Below, in pieces: positions 12,692 through 23,448 of a stretch of 64,000 bases of DNA. Origin of the DNA: a virus. The notes beneath the pieces were generated by a model. That model saw only the letters and a list, made by a program, of their open reading frames with translations. It searched no databases and was not told the origin of the DNA. Positions within the stretch are counted from its first letter, which is position 1, and each line of letters begins with the position of its first letter. The position numbers were made by a program, and so were the translations under genes. The DNA lies in IMG/VR virus record IMGVR_UViG_3300005253_000361, positions 1-64,000 of that record; one strand, 5' to 3'.

Positions 12692-13531
12692 ATGAGTCAC
12701 TTTACCGTGGGAGTGGTGCTGCCGTACACCGCATACGACACCGATCAGCAGATCGACGATTACCTGGAGCACGTACTGTGGCGGTACGACGAGAACCGGG
12801 ACGTACCCGAGTACGACGATCCCTGTGGGTGCGCCGGCTGGCGGGTCAGCCGGCTAGTGCACGAGGCTCTGCTGGAGCAGTTCGGGAATTTTGACGAGGT
12901 GTTCCGACAGCCTTGGAACGAGCGGGTCAAGCAGCATCCCGACAGGGTGGCCATCAAGGCGACCTGGCAGGACGACTGGACCCGAGAGGAGGAGGAGGAA
13001 TACTTCGGGCGGCTGGACGAGATATGGGAGCGAGTCGATGTGGAGATGGGAACCTGGAAGGCCCACACGGCTCCGTACTTCGAGACCCAGAATCGCCTGA
13101 AGGCCGAGCATCCGCTGGCCAACACACCGGAGGAGGACTGCAAGGAGTGCAACGGTACCGGGACGGCTCGCTCGACCTATAACCCAGATAGCAAATGGGA
13201 TTGGTACGTCATCGGGGGCCGGTGGGACGGATTCATGGCCCAGGTGGAGGCGATCGATGACGGCCGGGGTGGCTTCAACTTCGGGGATCAGTACCACAAG
13301 GTCGAGCGCAACATCTGCACCGTTGCGGAACTACTGGCCCGGGTGGAAGAGGACCCGGACCAGCGAACCTTCGCGCTCCTGACGGACCGGTGGATCGAGA
13401 AGGGGTCGATGGGCTGGTTCGCCTGCGTGGCGGACGAGAAGGAGGGGGAGGCTTGGCAGGCCGAGTACCTGGAGACCCTGCGGGGGCTCGATCCGGCCGC
13501 GCTGGTGGTTGGCATCGATTGCCACATCTGA
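12692..13531 (+). CDS. conserved phage protein
   Basis: YNPDSKWDWYVIGGRW motif, CxxCxGxG element, ends in IDCHI; palindrome + SD upstream. Confidence 0.7.
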   Translation: MSHFTVGVVLPYTAYDTDQQIDDYLEHVLWRYDENRDVPEYDDPCGCAGWRVSRLVHEALLEQFGNFDEVFRQPWNERVKQHPDRVAIKATWQDDWTREEEEEYFGRLDEIWERVDVEMGTWKAHTAPYFETQNRLKAEHPLANTPEEDCKECNGTGTARSTYNPDSKWDWYVIGGRWDGFMAQVEAIDDGRGGFNFGDQYHKVERNICTVAELLARVEEDPDQRTFALLTDRWIEKGSMGWFACVADEKEGEAWQAEYLETLRGLDPAALVVGIDCHI

Positions 13532-13537
13532 GCAGCG

Positions 13538-13610
13538 TTTGAAAATTGTCCAATTTCGCAAAAGCCCGATCGGGCGATTCCGAATCCAATATATGAGGGC
13601 AGAGGAGGGG
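13538..13610 (+). promoter_or_regulatory. AT-rich promoter-like element, copy 1 of 2
   Basis: About 73 bp nearly identical to 19673-19745; contains the palindrome GCCCGATCGGGC, then CAATATATG and an SD. Confidence 0.65.
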
Positions 13611-14545
13611 AAGATGACACTACAGCTAGTACTAACGGTTACGTACGACGAGGCCACCGTCAGCGACCGAAAGATGCTGAAGGAGAATCTGGCGGGAGCG
13701 GTGGAGCACGCGGTCGAGAACGGGATGTTGACTGGCTACTCCGAGGTAGTGGTCGACACGTACAAATACGAGATCCACTCACTGGATTGATTGGCAAGTC
13801 TTGCTAACCGAAGGAGGGGGAGATGGAGATACCTGAGGAGCAGTACAGCTGTCCAGAGTGCGGGTCAGGGGACGTCGGCGCTTCAGTTCTGATGAACCTA
13901 AATGACCCAAGTTTGTTCGACTACGGCAAGGCCAGCCCGGCTTGGTGTCACGGCTGCGATGCGGAGTTCCTCGTGGGTGACTGCGACATGGTTGAGCGCG
14001 TGTTGGCGTTCGATGCCAGGAGGGCGCCATGAAGTTCCTGGTGTATGAGGTGCAGGACGAGTCCCGGTGGCGCAAGTGGCTCTACGAGGTCGAGGCCGAG
14101 AGTCACGACGACGCGCTGGAGTTGGTACAGGCGGGTGAGATCGATCCCGCGGACTACGGCGAGTACGGGGAATCCGATTTCGGCAACAGCGGATTCTGTG
14201 TCGTGATCGAGGACGAGGAAATGGTGGCGAACGGCTGGGGCAGAGCAGCCGACGACATGTCGATCTAAGGAGGGGGAGATGGTCAGGATTGAGATCCAGA
14301 CACATTCGAAAGCATTCCAGGCGGGCGCGCCGGAGGTGGTGCGGATACTGCGAGATCTAGTGGACCGGCTGGAAGATTGCCCGGAGGAACCCGAGGTCTA
14401 CCTGAACGACCTGAACGGGTTACTCGTGGGGTTCTACCGGAACGAGGGGGAGTGATGAGCAAGTTCGTCGTTCAGGGGTACTACCCCGACAGCCAGCAGA
14501 CGGTTGTCGACCACCGGACAGGAGCAGATTGGAAGGAGGGGGGAG

Positions 14546-15568
14546 ATGCAGCTCGAGGAGATTGGGTTCTACACACTCTCGGATGAACGGGCCCGCACCA
14601 CATCTGAGCAATCCAGGTTGATGCGGTGCGAGTTGATCCTCACGGATATCTGTAACTTCAACTGCCCCTACTGCAGGGGGCCGAAGCATGAGCGAGAGGT
14701 CTTCATGCCTTTCGAGCAGGCCAGGACACTCGTGAACCGGTGGGCCCGGCAGGGCCTGTTTGCCATCCGGTTCTCCGGGGGGGAACCGACAATGTATCCG
14801 CGGCTGGACGATCTGGTGGCCCTGGCGGCGAAGCGAGGGATTGAGCACATCGCGGTCTCGACCAACGGGTCGGCGACTCTGGATCGTTACCGCAGGCTGA
14901 TCGACCTGGGGGTCAACGACTTCTCGATCTCTCTGGACAGCTACGAGGGCGAGGGGGCAATTAGGATGTCGGGTGGGGTGGATTGTTTCGATCGCGTGAC
15001 TTCCAACATCCGCGAGTTGTCGAAGTTGACCTACGTGACGGTCGGGATGGTGTTCACCAGAATGACTGCCGCCACAGCGAAGGTCTGTGTGGAGTTTGCC
15101 GCCGACCTGGGCGTGGCGGACATTCGAGTGTTGTCAGCAGCGCAGTACGACGGAGCCCTAGAGGGCCTGGTGGATCTGCCTGATGAGTTCCTGGACCGGT
15201 TCCCGATCCTCAAATATCGAGTGGAGAACTTTCGTGCCGGTCGGAACGTCCGGGGACTGCGGGAGCAGGATTCTCGCCGGTGCCCACTCGTGCTGGACGA
15301 TATCACGGTAGCGGGGGACCACCATTTCCCCTGCATCATCTATCTACGCGAAGGAGGTACGCCTATCGGGATCGCGAACGGGTCCACGCGGGCTGCCCGG
15401 GCTGAATGGTACCGGGGCCACGATACCCACGAGGACCCAATTTGTCGGGGCAATTGTCTCGATGTCTGCATCGATCACAACAACAAGGCCGCGGCCCATC
15501 TGCCGGTAGAGGGCTGGCAATCGTTGCCAAAACAGGAGGGGGAACAATGCAGGACGCAACAGCGGTAG
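14546..15568 (+). CDS. radical SAM enzyme (MoaA/PqqE-like)
   Basis: CNFNCPYC, FSGGEPT, VSTNGS, ISLDS; C-terminal Cys cluster. Confidence 0.9.
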   Translation: MQLEEIGFYTLSDERARTTSEQSRLMRCELILTDICNFNCPYCRGPKHEREVFMPFEQARTLVNRWARQGLFAIRFSGGEPTMYPRLDDLVALAAKRGIEHIAVSTNGSATLDRYRRLIDLGVNDFSISLDSYEGEGAIRMSGGVDCFDRVTSNIRELSKLTYVTVGMVFTRMTAATAKVCVEFAADLGVADIRVLSAAQYDGALEGLVDLPDEFLDRFPILKYRVENFRAGRNVRGLREQDSRRCPLVLDDITVAGDHHFPCIIYLREGGTPIGIANGSTRAARAEWYRGHDTHEDPICRGNCLDVCIDHNNKAAAHLPVEGWQSLPKQEGEQCRTQQR

Positions 15569-16743
15569 CGACACCAGAGGAAACCACGGCCCTGCCGTAC
15601 AGAGGGTTCAACCCGGACGGCGCGCCGTCCAGCAAGACCAACCTGATGGAGGCCAGCAAGCAGTGGTGGAGCCGGCCGGACGACGAGCGATTTCTGTCGC
15701 TCGAAGAGCTCCACGCCTCAACGCTCGAGAGAGCGGACCGATCGGACGTGCAGCTCCTCCGGAGCGAAGAGATCACGGCCCACGGGAGGTTCGCCGAGCT
15801 CGAGGGAGAGGACATGTCGATGATGGTCTTCGAGACCCCCGAGGGGATCACGATGCCGACCAACTGGAGCTTCGGTCAGCTGTGCCGGCAGGCCAAGTTC
15901 GATTCCCGCACGGCTATCCGGACCCACCCGAAGATCGCGGCCGATGGCATCAACTACGGGCTCCGTGAGGTGAACCCGTCTGAGGACTGCTTGGCCATGA
16001 CGATGACGCAGAACGGAGAGCAGGTATTCCGTGCCGTCACGTCTAGCGGGTACGGCCGCATCTACGACCACAAGGTGGTCGAGATGGTGCAGCGGATGAA
16101 CGACCGGCAGGGCAACCGCTGGAAGATCCCGGGGGCGAGCTACGCTAGCTCCAACCCGCGCCGTGCCACCACGCTGTACGCCTCAGATCGGGACTGTTTC
16201 ATCTTCCTGGTGGATGAGTCCACCCCGATCGAGGTGCCGCACCCGAACCGGACCGACGGTCACGAGACGTTGTTCCGAGGATTCTTCCTCTGGAACAGCG
16301 AGGTGGGCAAGACCAGCTTCGGGCTCGCGACCTTCCTGTACAACTTCGTCTGCGACAACCGGATCGTCTGGGGTGCGCAGGACGTGAAGGAGCTCCGGAT
16401 CCGTCACACGAGTGGCGCGCCAGAGAGGTTCGAGCGGGAGGGGCAGGCGGTCCTGCGGAAGTACGCGGCCGCCACGCTGGACGAGACCCGCGCGACCGTC
16501 CAGAAGGCGATCACTACCAAGGTGGGGAGCACCGACGACGAGGTACTGGAGTGGCTGGGGAAACGGGGCTTCACGAAGGCCCAGGGTGGTGAGGTCATGA
16601 AGGCCGCGGCTGCGGAAGAGGGCGAGGCCCGCTCGGTGTGGGATCTCGTGCAGGGCGGCACCGCACTGGCTCGCCAGCAGACCCACACGGATAGCCGGCT
16701 CGACACCGAGAAGAGGGCGTCGGCCCTGCTCAACACCATCTAG
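15547..16743 (+). CDS. DUF932-family phage/plasmid protein
   Basis: WNSEVG...FVCDNRIVWG...RIRHT motif. Confidence 0.7.
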   Translation: MQDATAVATPEETTALPYRGFNPDGAPSSKTNLMEASKQWWSRPDDERFLSLEELHASTLERADRSDVQLLRSEEITAHGRFAELEGEDMSMMVFETPEGITMPTNWSFGQLCRQAKFDSRTAIRTHPKIAADGINYGLREVNPSEDCLAMTMTQNGEQVFRAVTSSGYGRIYDHKVVEMVQRMNDRQGNRWKIPGASYASSNPRRATTLYASDRDCFIFLVDESTPIEVPHPNRTDGHETLFRGFFLWNSEVGKTSFGLATFLYNFVCDNRIVWGAQDVKELRIRHTSGAPERFEREGQAVLRKYAAATLDETRATVQKAITTKVGSTDDEVLEWLGKRGFTKAQGGEVMKAAAAEEGEARSVWDLVQGGTALARQQTHTDSRLDTEKRASALLNTI

Positions 16744-16998
16744 TGCACGAGCCCGCCTCTCCGGGGAGAGGGGCGGGCAAAGGAGGGGGAGTGATGCCTG
16801 AGTATTTTGTAACGTGGGAGATCGACATCAGTGCCGACAGTCCCGAGAGAGCGGCCGCCGCGGCACTGAAGATCCAGCGAGATCCAGAGAGTAGCGCGAC
16901 AGTGTTTGGCGTGTTCGACGAAGAAGGGGAGAAGCATCGCGTCGACCTGTTGGGCGTGTACGAACGACTGGCAATGTTGCCGGACAAGGAGGGGGAGC

Positions 16999-17364
16999 AT
17001 GGGAGCTGAACAGTTTGAAAGTCAGTGCATCGCCGAGACTGCGGAGGATGCGTTCAACCGCTGCGTGTCGCAAGCGCTGTATGACTACGGCCACGCCGGC
17101 TACACCGGCACGATCGCGGAGAAGTCCGACTACACCGAGGTACGAGTGCCGGAGGGCCTGGATCTCGACACGTTCCTCAAGTGGTCCGCGGAGCTTGAGT
17201 GGGGGGACGTGAAGGACAAAATCCCGCCGCACCACATGGCTGCGGTCGAGAGGGCGGCCGCAATCTACGACGACAAGTGGGGGCCGGCGCTCTGCGTCCA
17301 GGACCCACCGACCGAGCCCGGGCAGGATCCAGGGTGGGTCTTTTGCGGCTGGGCCAGCTCATAG
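16999..17364 (+). CDS. conserved phage hypothetical protein
   Basis: YGHAGYTGTIAEK, DKWGPA and FCGWASS segments; SD present. Confidence 0.6.
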   Translation: MGAEQFESQCIAETAEDAFNRCVSQALYDYGHAGYTGTIAEKSDYTEVRVPEGLDLDTFLKWSAELEWGDVKDKIPPHHMAAVERAAAIYDDKWGPALCVQDPPTEPGQDPGWVFCGWASS

Positions 17365-18013
17365 GAGGGGGAGATGAACAAGCAGGAAGTACTGGATTAC
17401 ATCTATGACAGCGTCGATACCGACGAGCTCAAGGAGTTCGCGGACGTCGCCTGGGACTGCCTGAAGGACCTACGGAAGCGGGACGGCCGACGTACGACGG
17501 CCCGCCTGACGATCGGGGCCCCGGTCCAGTGGACCGACCGAAACACCCGGTACCGAGCCGAGGTGGTGAAGAAGAACAAGACGCGCGTGGTGTGTCGGAT
17601 AACTGAGGCTCCGCCCCGCGCACGGTTCCGCGTGGACCAGGAGGTCGCCGTGCCGGCCGAGATGCTCAAGGCCGCCTGATGGTGGTCGACAGATGGGAGA
17701 GGTGTTGCGACGACTGCCTTGGCTGGTTCGAATCTATGGACGGCCAGGGGGTTATACAGATTGAGCGGTGCGACAAGTGTGCCCGCTTCGAGGACGACAG
17801 CGGGGCGTGTGAGTTTGCCGGCGCCCACTACCGGGATTTAATCCGGGCCGCGGATGCGCTCGTGAGTGCCTTCCTCCCGCTGGTTCTGGGGGAGGACTGC
17901 TGCGGTGCTGCACAGGTACAGACATGGGGAAAGCTGCGGGCACAGATACTGATAGGTCGAGGAATCGACACCTACACCGACGACTGAGGGGTCGTCAGAA
18001 AAGGAGGGGGAAC

Positions 18014-18448
18014 ATGGGAACCAGAAGCTTGACCGTAGTGCAGAACGACGCCGGCGACGAGATCATCACGATGTACCGGCAGATGGACGGCTACCCGACC
18101 GGCCACGGGGCCGACCTGCTCGAGTGGGGAGTGGGCGGCCAGGTGGTGAACGGCATCGGGTGCGACACGCCCGCGAAGGCCTACAACGGTATGGAGTGCC
18201 TGGCGGCCCAGCTGGTAGCCGCGTTTAAAGACGGGATCGGGGGCACCTACCTGCACCCGTCCGGCTCGCGCGACGTCGGGGAGGAGTACCGGTACGAGAT
18301 CTCGGCCGATGCGGAGACCAATGCCCTGGTGCTGAAGGTCATCGACGTCGGGTACGAGTACGACGGGAAGGTGGTGGAGGCCATCGTCCTGTACGAGGGG
18401 CTGCTGGACGAGTTCGATCCCGAGGCGGCCGAGCAGGTGGCGGCATGA
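18014..18448 (+). CDS. conserved phage protein (MGTRS...DGYP type)
   Basis: MGTRS start, YRQMDGYP motif; hairpin + SD upstream. Confidence 0.65.
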   Translation: MGTRSLTVVQNDAGDEIITMYRQMDGYPTGHGADLLEWGVGGQVVNGIGCDTPAKAYNGMECLAAQLVAAFKDGIGGTYLHPSGSRDVGEEYRYEISADAETNALVLKVIDVGYEYDGKVVEAIVLYEGLLDEFDPEAAEQVAA

Positions 18449-18752
18449 GGACCAAGACGTTTCCGGACGACTGCTACGTGGCGATCAGCTTCGCCGGCGA
18501 GGCGTATGACTGCTTCAACTCGATCATCGCGTCGATGACGGGCGGGTACTGCGCCGAGGTCGACGGGAAGTGCGGCGAGGTCGACGGGAAGTGCGGCCGG
18601 ATCTCGGCGCCGAGATCAACGACGCTGGGTTCATGGAGCTCACGCTGGCTCCGTGTACCGACGACGGGGGGCGGATCGAGGGAGCCGAACCGATCCAGAA
18701 GGTCGCGGGCGGGGCCGATGGCGCCGGCATGACCACGATCCACATCCACTAG
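18445..18752 (+). pseudogene. frameshifted small gene with a 21-bp tandem duplication
   Basis: GAGGTCGACGGGAAGTGCGGC occurs twice (18556-18597); the protein-like frame switches near 18601-18605. Confidence 0.45.
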
Positions 18753-19614
18753 GAGGGATGATGAAACTTCGAATGAACGATACCGACCGCAGGCTCCTGG
18801 AGGAGCTGCGTGATATAGCGGGCACGATCGTGGCGAACGCGATCACGCTCCTGGGGGATGAGTGCGAGAGCCAGGAGGAAGCCGAGGAGATCGAGAGGTC
18901 TGTCGAGAGTGATTGCCAGCACGTGAGGGAGCTGGCGGATGACCTTTGGGTCTCGGGATGGATGTGGGAGGAAGGGAGATGAGCTTCAAGCAGAAGAACC
19001 ATCAGATCCCGGAGGAGCGGGAGAAGGAATGTCCCCATACCCACATGCCCTATCGAGCACGCTACGGGATGCCCTGCACGGGGCCGCGGATCTGCAGCAT
19101 GTGCGACGCTACTGAGGCGGAGCTCCGAGAGGAGGGGGAGCGATGAATGTCACGAGAGAGGAACACGACTGGGGCGGTACGATCACGATCCCCGAGCATC
19201 TGTACGAGGAGATCGTGGAGGCCCTGAAGTGTGGCTGCCGGGCCCCTGCGTTCATCCAGGGCTCGGGAGACTGTGACCTGAGGGAACCGGACGGTATGGC
19301 GTGCTGTCATGCGTGCTCGATCTTGGTGCACCTAGGGGAGCTGTCTCCATACAGCTGTACGTGCGACCACGACCCGGATTGCCCGCCGGACCCCGGAGAG
19401 CACTGCCTGGTGTGCGGCGGGGTGACGCCATGAATGTCTTCATCAGGAAGCGACGCCTCGGACCGATGCGCGTCCACGGCTGCGAGTGTACGGAGATGTT
19501 CACTTGCGGTAGATGCCTCGACGCGGCTGTGGCAAGAACCCTCGCAGAGCACTTCGCCGGGATCACTTACCACGCCGAGACTTTCGACATCCACGCCAGC
19601 TGGTCGTACCCGCG

Positions 19615-19662
19615 ATGAGAGCCGTCGATCTGTTTGCCGGCGTCGGCGGCATAGAGAAATAG
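19615..19662 (+). pseudogene. N-terminal remnant of a C5-cytosine DNA methyltransferase
   Basis: Translates to MRAVDLFAGVGGIEK*, i.e. Dcm-type motif I (DLFAGxGG), truncated just before the promoter-like repeat. Confidence 0.6.
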
Positions 19663-19672
19663 TGGGAGTGTT

Positions 19673-19745
19673 TTTCAAAATTGCACGATTTCGCAAAAGC
19701 CCGATTGGGCGATTTCGATTTCAATATATGAGAGCAGAGGAGGGG
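19673..19745 (+). promoter_or_regulatory. AT-rich promoter-like element, copy 2 of 2
   Basis: Near-identical to 13538-13610. Confidence 0.65.
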
Positions 19746-21693
19746 GAACAAATGTTATGGCGACTGCAGTACCGACAGCATTCCGACAGTGATGGCAGGT
19801 GGTTTGATGCGCCGGGGCCACGCAAGAAACCGCTTAAGAAGTTCGTAAGCTTCAACGATGCCTTCGAGTACTTCTTCGGGAAGCACGCCCACGATCGTAA
19901 CCCGGAGGAGTTCCAGTACCGGCTGACGCCCGAATTCTCGGCCCGACCGAGGGTGATCGACTTCACCCCCAGGCCGGCCGCGCACCAGTCCGGCACCTGG
20001 AAGACCCCCGACAGACGACTGGTCCGAAGGGTGGGGTGGTGATGCGTGATAGCCGCGGAAGGTATGGCCTCGGTCGGGAGGTCGACCAGCTGGTCGCCGA
20101 GGCGAAACGTGCCCTCAAGTACCTCGATGCTGAAACGAGGTACGAGGGGGACGAACTGGCGGACGCGATCCGGGCAGCCACCGGAGAGGATGACGTCACC
20201 CTGAAGGAGGGGGAGTGATGGAGGTATACGAGCAAGCAAAGCAGGAGCGTGTCGTTCGAGAGGCGGCCCGGGATCGGCGGCGCGAGGAGCGCGTTGACAT
20301 CCTTCAGCAGTCCGAGGCCGGGGCGGGGAGGGGAGCGATGGCGACGGCGAGCGGAGCGACGCATCAGCTGAAGTGTCTCGTGGGGGCCGTCCTGAACCTG
20401 GCCGAGACCCTGGAGGTGGGGGAATGAAGTACGACGTGTACGTGTACGGCACCGTCTTTGTTCGGCTCGATGAGATCGAGGCCTCCAGCCCCGAGGCTGC
20501 CTGCCTGGCTGCGGAGGAGCCGGCCGGGAAGGCTTTTGATTGCATCGATCGCGCCGACAACCTCTACGCCCAATGGGCCGAGGAGATTTTGGGCTTCAAG
20601 GTCGATGAACTCGACCAGAGGGGGGATGTGATTGATGAGACTGAGGGCCGAGTCTATGGCTACGGGTGGGACGGTCACACGCTGGTCCCGGAGGCATTCG
20701 GGATAGTTCCCGTCTCGGTGAGAACTTCCTCGCAACCCGAGCCCCAAGGGAGTAATTACTACCAAGGCCTGGACGGGGCACGGTGTCCCGAGTGCGGGGA
20801 ACAGGAGAACTTCACGATGCAGTGTAGCCCCCTCCAGACCCGCCGGGGAGACAGCCGGCAAACCCACGGGGGCGATGCGGTCACGTACATCGGCGACGAC
20901 CCGATGTGGTGCGACGGCATTCTGGAGGACGGGGAGCATTGCGATTACGAGGGAACGATCGACGAATTCATGAAAGGAGTAACTGATGACGCGACACGCT
21001 GAGGTGTGTGACGAGTGCGGCGGGGACTTCCGCCACAGGCGAACGATCAAGTTCACGGGGGGTAAGCGGGTGGAGCTGTGCAAGAAGTGCGCCCGGGATA
21101 ATCCCTACAATGTGATCTCAGACGCACCGGCCTTCACCCTTTGGGGAGGGAGCCATTGAGGCCCTACGAGAAGATCGTGGTCCACAGCGGACCCGATAAG
21201 CATGGACGATTCGTTCATACTCGCTACTGGTGGTCTGATTATACTCCGGGTCATCCCGAGGGAGAGTATGAGCGGCGTCTCCGCGGACAGGTGTTCCGTG
21301 CGCCGCTTCCCGATGGGGCGCACGATGTGGTCAGGAGTGCCGCGTGAGTGCCGCCGTACTGGAACCCAGACGGGCCCAGGCGGATGAGTACGCCGAGGAG
21401 CACCGAGAGGTAGAGGCCTGCCGGGAGCTTTGGCGGTCCGTCATGGCCTACACGATCTGGGACCTGCAGTACCTGGAGCGGTTCTCCGACCGAAGCCGGC
21501 TCAACAAGAGGCAGCTGCATCAAGTGAGGGCGATCGAGAGGTATCCGCCGGAAAATTTTCTGGCTAGTGAGTGGTTCCGGGAGATCTGTAGCTATCTGGT
21601 GGTCGACCCGAGGATCGTCCTCAATGGGGTAGAGGAGCGGCTCGAGCTAGTGGTGTAAGACCTGGCCCTGAGGGGGGCTGAAAGGAGGGGGAG

Positions 21694-22350
21694 ATGAGCT
21701 TTACACCGCCCAAAGGATTACGGTGGGCATGGGAGGTAGTCGGGGGATTGTCCCGGACGACCAAGATGCCGGGCTTCAGCCACAGCGTGCCGGCGACAGC
21801 CTGCAACGTGGGATCCCGGCTGGCGCTCGTACCGGATAGTCCGTGCAGCAAGTGCTACGCCCGCCGGGGCAACTACCGGTGGCCCAACGTCAAGAAGGTA
21901 TTGGCGAATCGTCTGGCAAGGCTTGCCGATGAGCGCTGGGTCGAGGCCATGGTGGCGCTGATCAACTACACCAGCCTGGAGAAGCGGGGAAAACGCAGTA
22001 AATACTTCCGATGGCACGACTCCGGGGACGTGCAGTCCCCCGCGCACCTCGAGGCGATCTTCGAGGTGTGCCGGCAGACACCCGAGGTCCACCACTACCT
22101 GCCGACCAAAGAGTACGGGCTGATCAAGCAGTACGGTCACCTCGTGCCGGACAACCTGGTGGTGCGGGTGTCGGCAGCGAGGTGGGACCAGCCGCCGATC
22201 AACGTGGGGCTCGGAACGACCTCGACGGTTCACCGGGAGAGCCCGCCAGTTGGGTTCGCCTGCCCGTCGATGCAGCAGGACCACCAGTGTGCGGATTGTC
22301 GGGCCTGCTGGGACCCCGGCGTTCCGAACATCAGCTACCAGTACTACTAG
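21694..22350 (+). CDS. gp88-like protein (Cys-rich, putative Fe-S)
   Basis: TTKMPGFSHSVPATAC...CSKCYA, YFRWHDSGD, CADCRACW. Confidence 0.75.
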   Translation: MSFTPPKGLRWAWEVVGGLSRTTKMPGFSHSVPATACNVGSRLALVPDSPCSKCYARRGNYRWPNVKKVLANRLARLADERWVEAMVALINYTSLEKRGKRSKYFRWHDSGDVQSPAHLEAIFEVCRQTPEVHHYLPTKEYGLIKQYGHLVPDNLVVRVSAARWDQPPINVGLGTTSTVHRESPPVGFACPSMQQDHQCADCRACWDPGVPNISYQYY

Positions 22351-22554
22351 GAGGGGGTATGTACGACGGGGCCGAGGGGATATCGGTAGCTCTAGCGCTG
22401 CGGCTCTCGCGGGCCGTGCTTCAGGTGTTTTCACTGGGTCAGCGAAGCGACGGGGAGTGGATGTACCGCACCATGGTGTTTCACGATCGCGGAACCCACA
22501 TCGAGGAACACGAGTGCTGGGTGCCGGCCGTCACGAACAACTAGGAGGGGGATC

Positions 22555-23448
22555 ATGCTGAGGTGTTATGTACCGAAGAGGTTCACAGCGGCGCACGAGC
22601 TGGTGATTGAGCAGGCGAATGAAATCATCGAGCGCTACATGGCTGATGGTCATCGGCTGACACTCCGACAGATTTACTATCGGTTTGTCGCCCAGGCTCT
22701 GCTTGAGAACAAGCAGACTGAATACAAGCGGCTCGGCGGTATCATCAACGATGCCCGCCTGGCCGGCCGCATCGACTGGGACGCGATTGAGGACCGTGGC
22801 AGGGGTCTGATGGGCATCAATGCCTACGAGGATCCGGCCGATATCGTGGGCCAGATGGCGCAGCAGTATCATCTGGACCACTGGGCCGATCAGGAGATTC
22901 GGGTTGAGGTGTGGGTGGAGAAGCAGGCACTCGAGGGGGTCGTGGGTGCAGCCTGCGGACCACTCGATGTCGACTTCTTCTCCTGTAAGGGCTACATGAG
23001 TCAGTCCGAGATGTGGAGGGCCTCGCAACGATTCGCCCGGTATCGAAACGCGGAGCAGCGAGTCGTAATGATCCATCTCGGGGACCACGACCCGAGCGGC
23101 ATCGACATGACGCGGGACCTACGGGAACGAACCGTCGACGTGTTCGGGGTCGGGATCATGGTGGTGAGGATTGCGCTCAACATGCCGCAGATCGAGGAGT
23201 TCGGACCACCGCCGAACCCGACGAAGCTAACGGACTCACGTGCCGGCGGCTACATCGAGCAGTTTGGACTGTCGAGTTGGGAGCTCGATGCGCTCGAGCC
23301 CGCCTACCTCGAGCAGATCATCCAGAAAAACGTCTGGTCGTGCTGCGACCGTGAGAAATGGGACGCGATCCACATGCAGCAGGAGGAAGAGCGGGAGCTG
23401 CTGAGTCAGGCGAGTCTACGGTGGGACGAACTGCAGGCACTGTTGTAG
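22555..23448 (+). CDS. Topoisomerase VI subunit A-like TOPRIM protein
   Basis: TLRQIYYR winged helix, VWVEKQAL, GDHDPSGIDM, WELDAL. Confidence 0.75.
   Translation: MLRCYVPKRFTAAHELVIEQANEIIERYMADGHRLTLRQIYYRFVAQALLENKQTEYKRLGGIINDARLAGRIDWDAIEDRGRGLMGINAYEDPADIVGQMAQQYHLDHWADQEIRVEVWVEKQALEGVVGAACGPLDVDFFSCKGYMSQSEMWRASQRFARYRNAEQRVVMIHLGDHDPSGIDMTRDLRERTVDVFGVGIMVVRIALNMPQIEEFGPPPNPTKLTDSRAGGYIEQFGLSSWELDALEPAYLEQIIQKNVWSCCDREKWDAIHMQQEEERELLSQASLRWDELQALL

Larger units (their letters stand above)
275..15529 (+). promoter_or_regulatory. dispersed palindromic motif YGGCAA-N3-TTGCCN (about 20 copies) just upstream of ribosome-binding sites
   Basis: Copies at 275, 881, 1454, 2394, 3116, 3682, 4305, 5109, 6089, 6824, 7569, 8342, 9311, 11464, 12410, 12660, 13792 and 15515; degenerate copies at 972, 2339 and 16969. 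Confidence 0.85.
990..21678 (+). promoter_or_regulatory. dispersed RNA hairpin with UGAGGG loop immediately 5' of the SD (+ strand copies)
   Basis: Examples: gcccgc-TGAGGG-gcgggc 3127-3144, gccggg-TGAGGG-cccggc 6100-6117, gacgac-TGAGGG-gtcgtc 17979-17996, gccc-TGAGGG-gggc 21665-21678; also about 990, 2404, 3692, 7579 and 12393. Confidence 0.8.

Noticed and set aside
275-15529. TGGCAA-N3-TTGCC read as a sigma-54 (-24/-12) promoter
   Set aside because: The spacing is GG-N8-GC, whereas sigma-54 needs GG-N10-GC. The motif is also dyad-symmetric and often abuts the SD.
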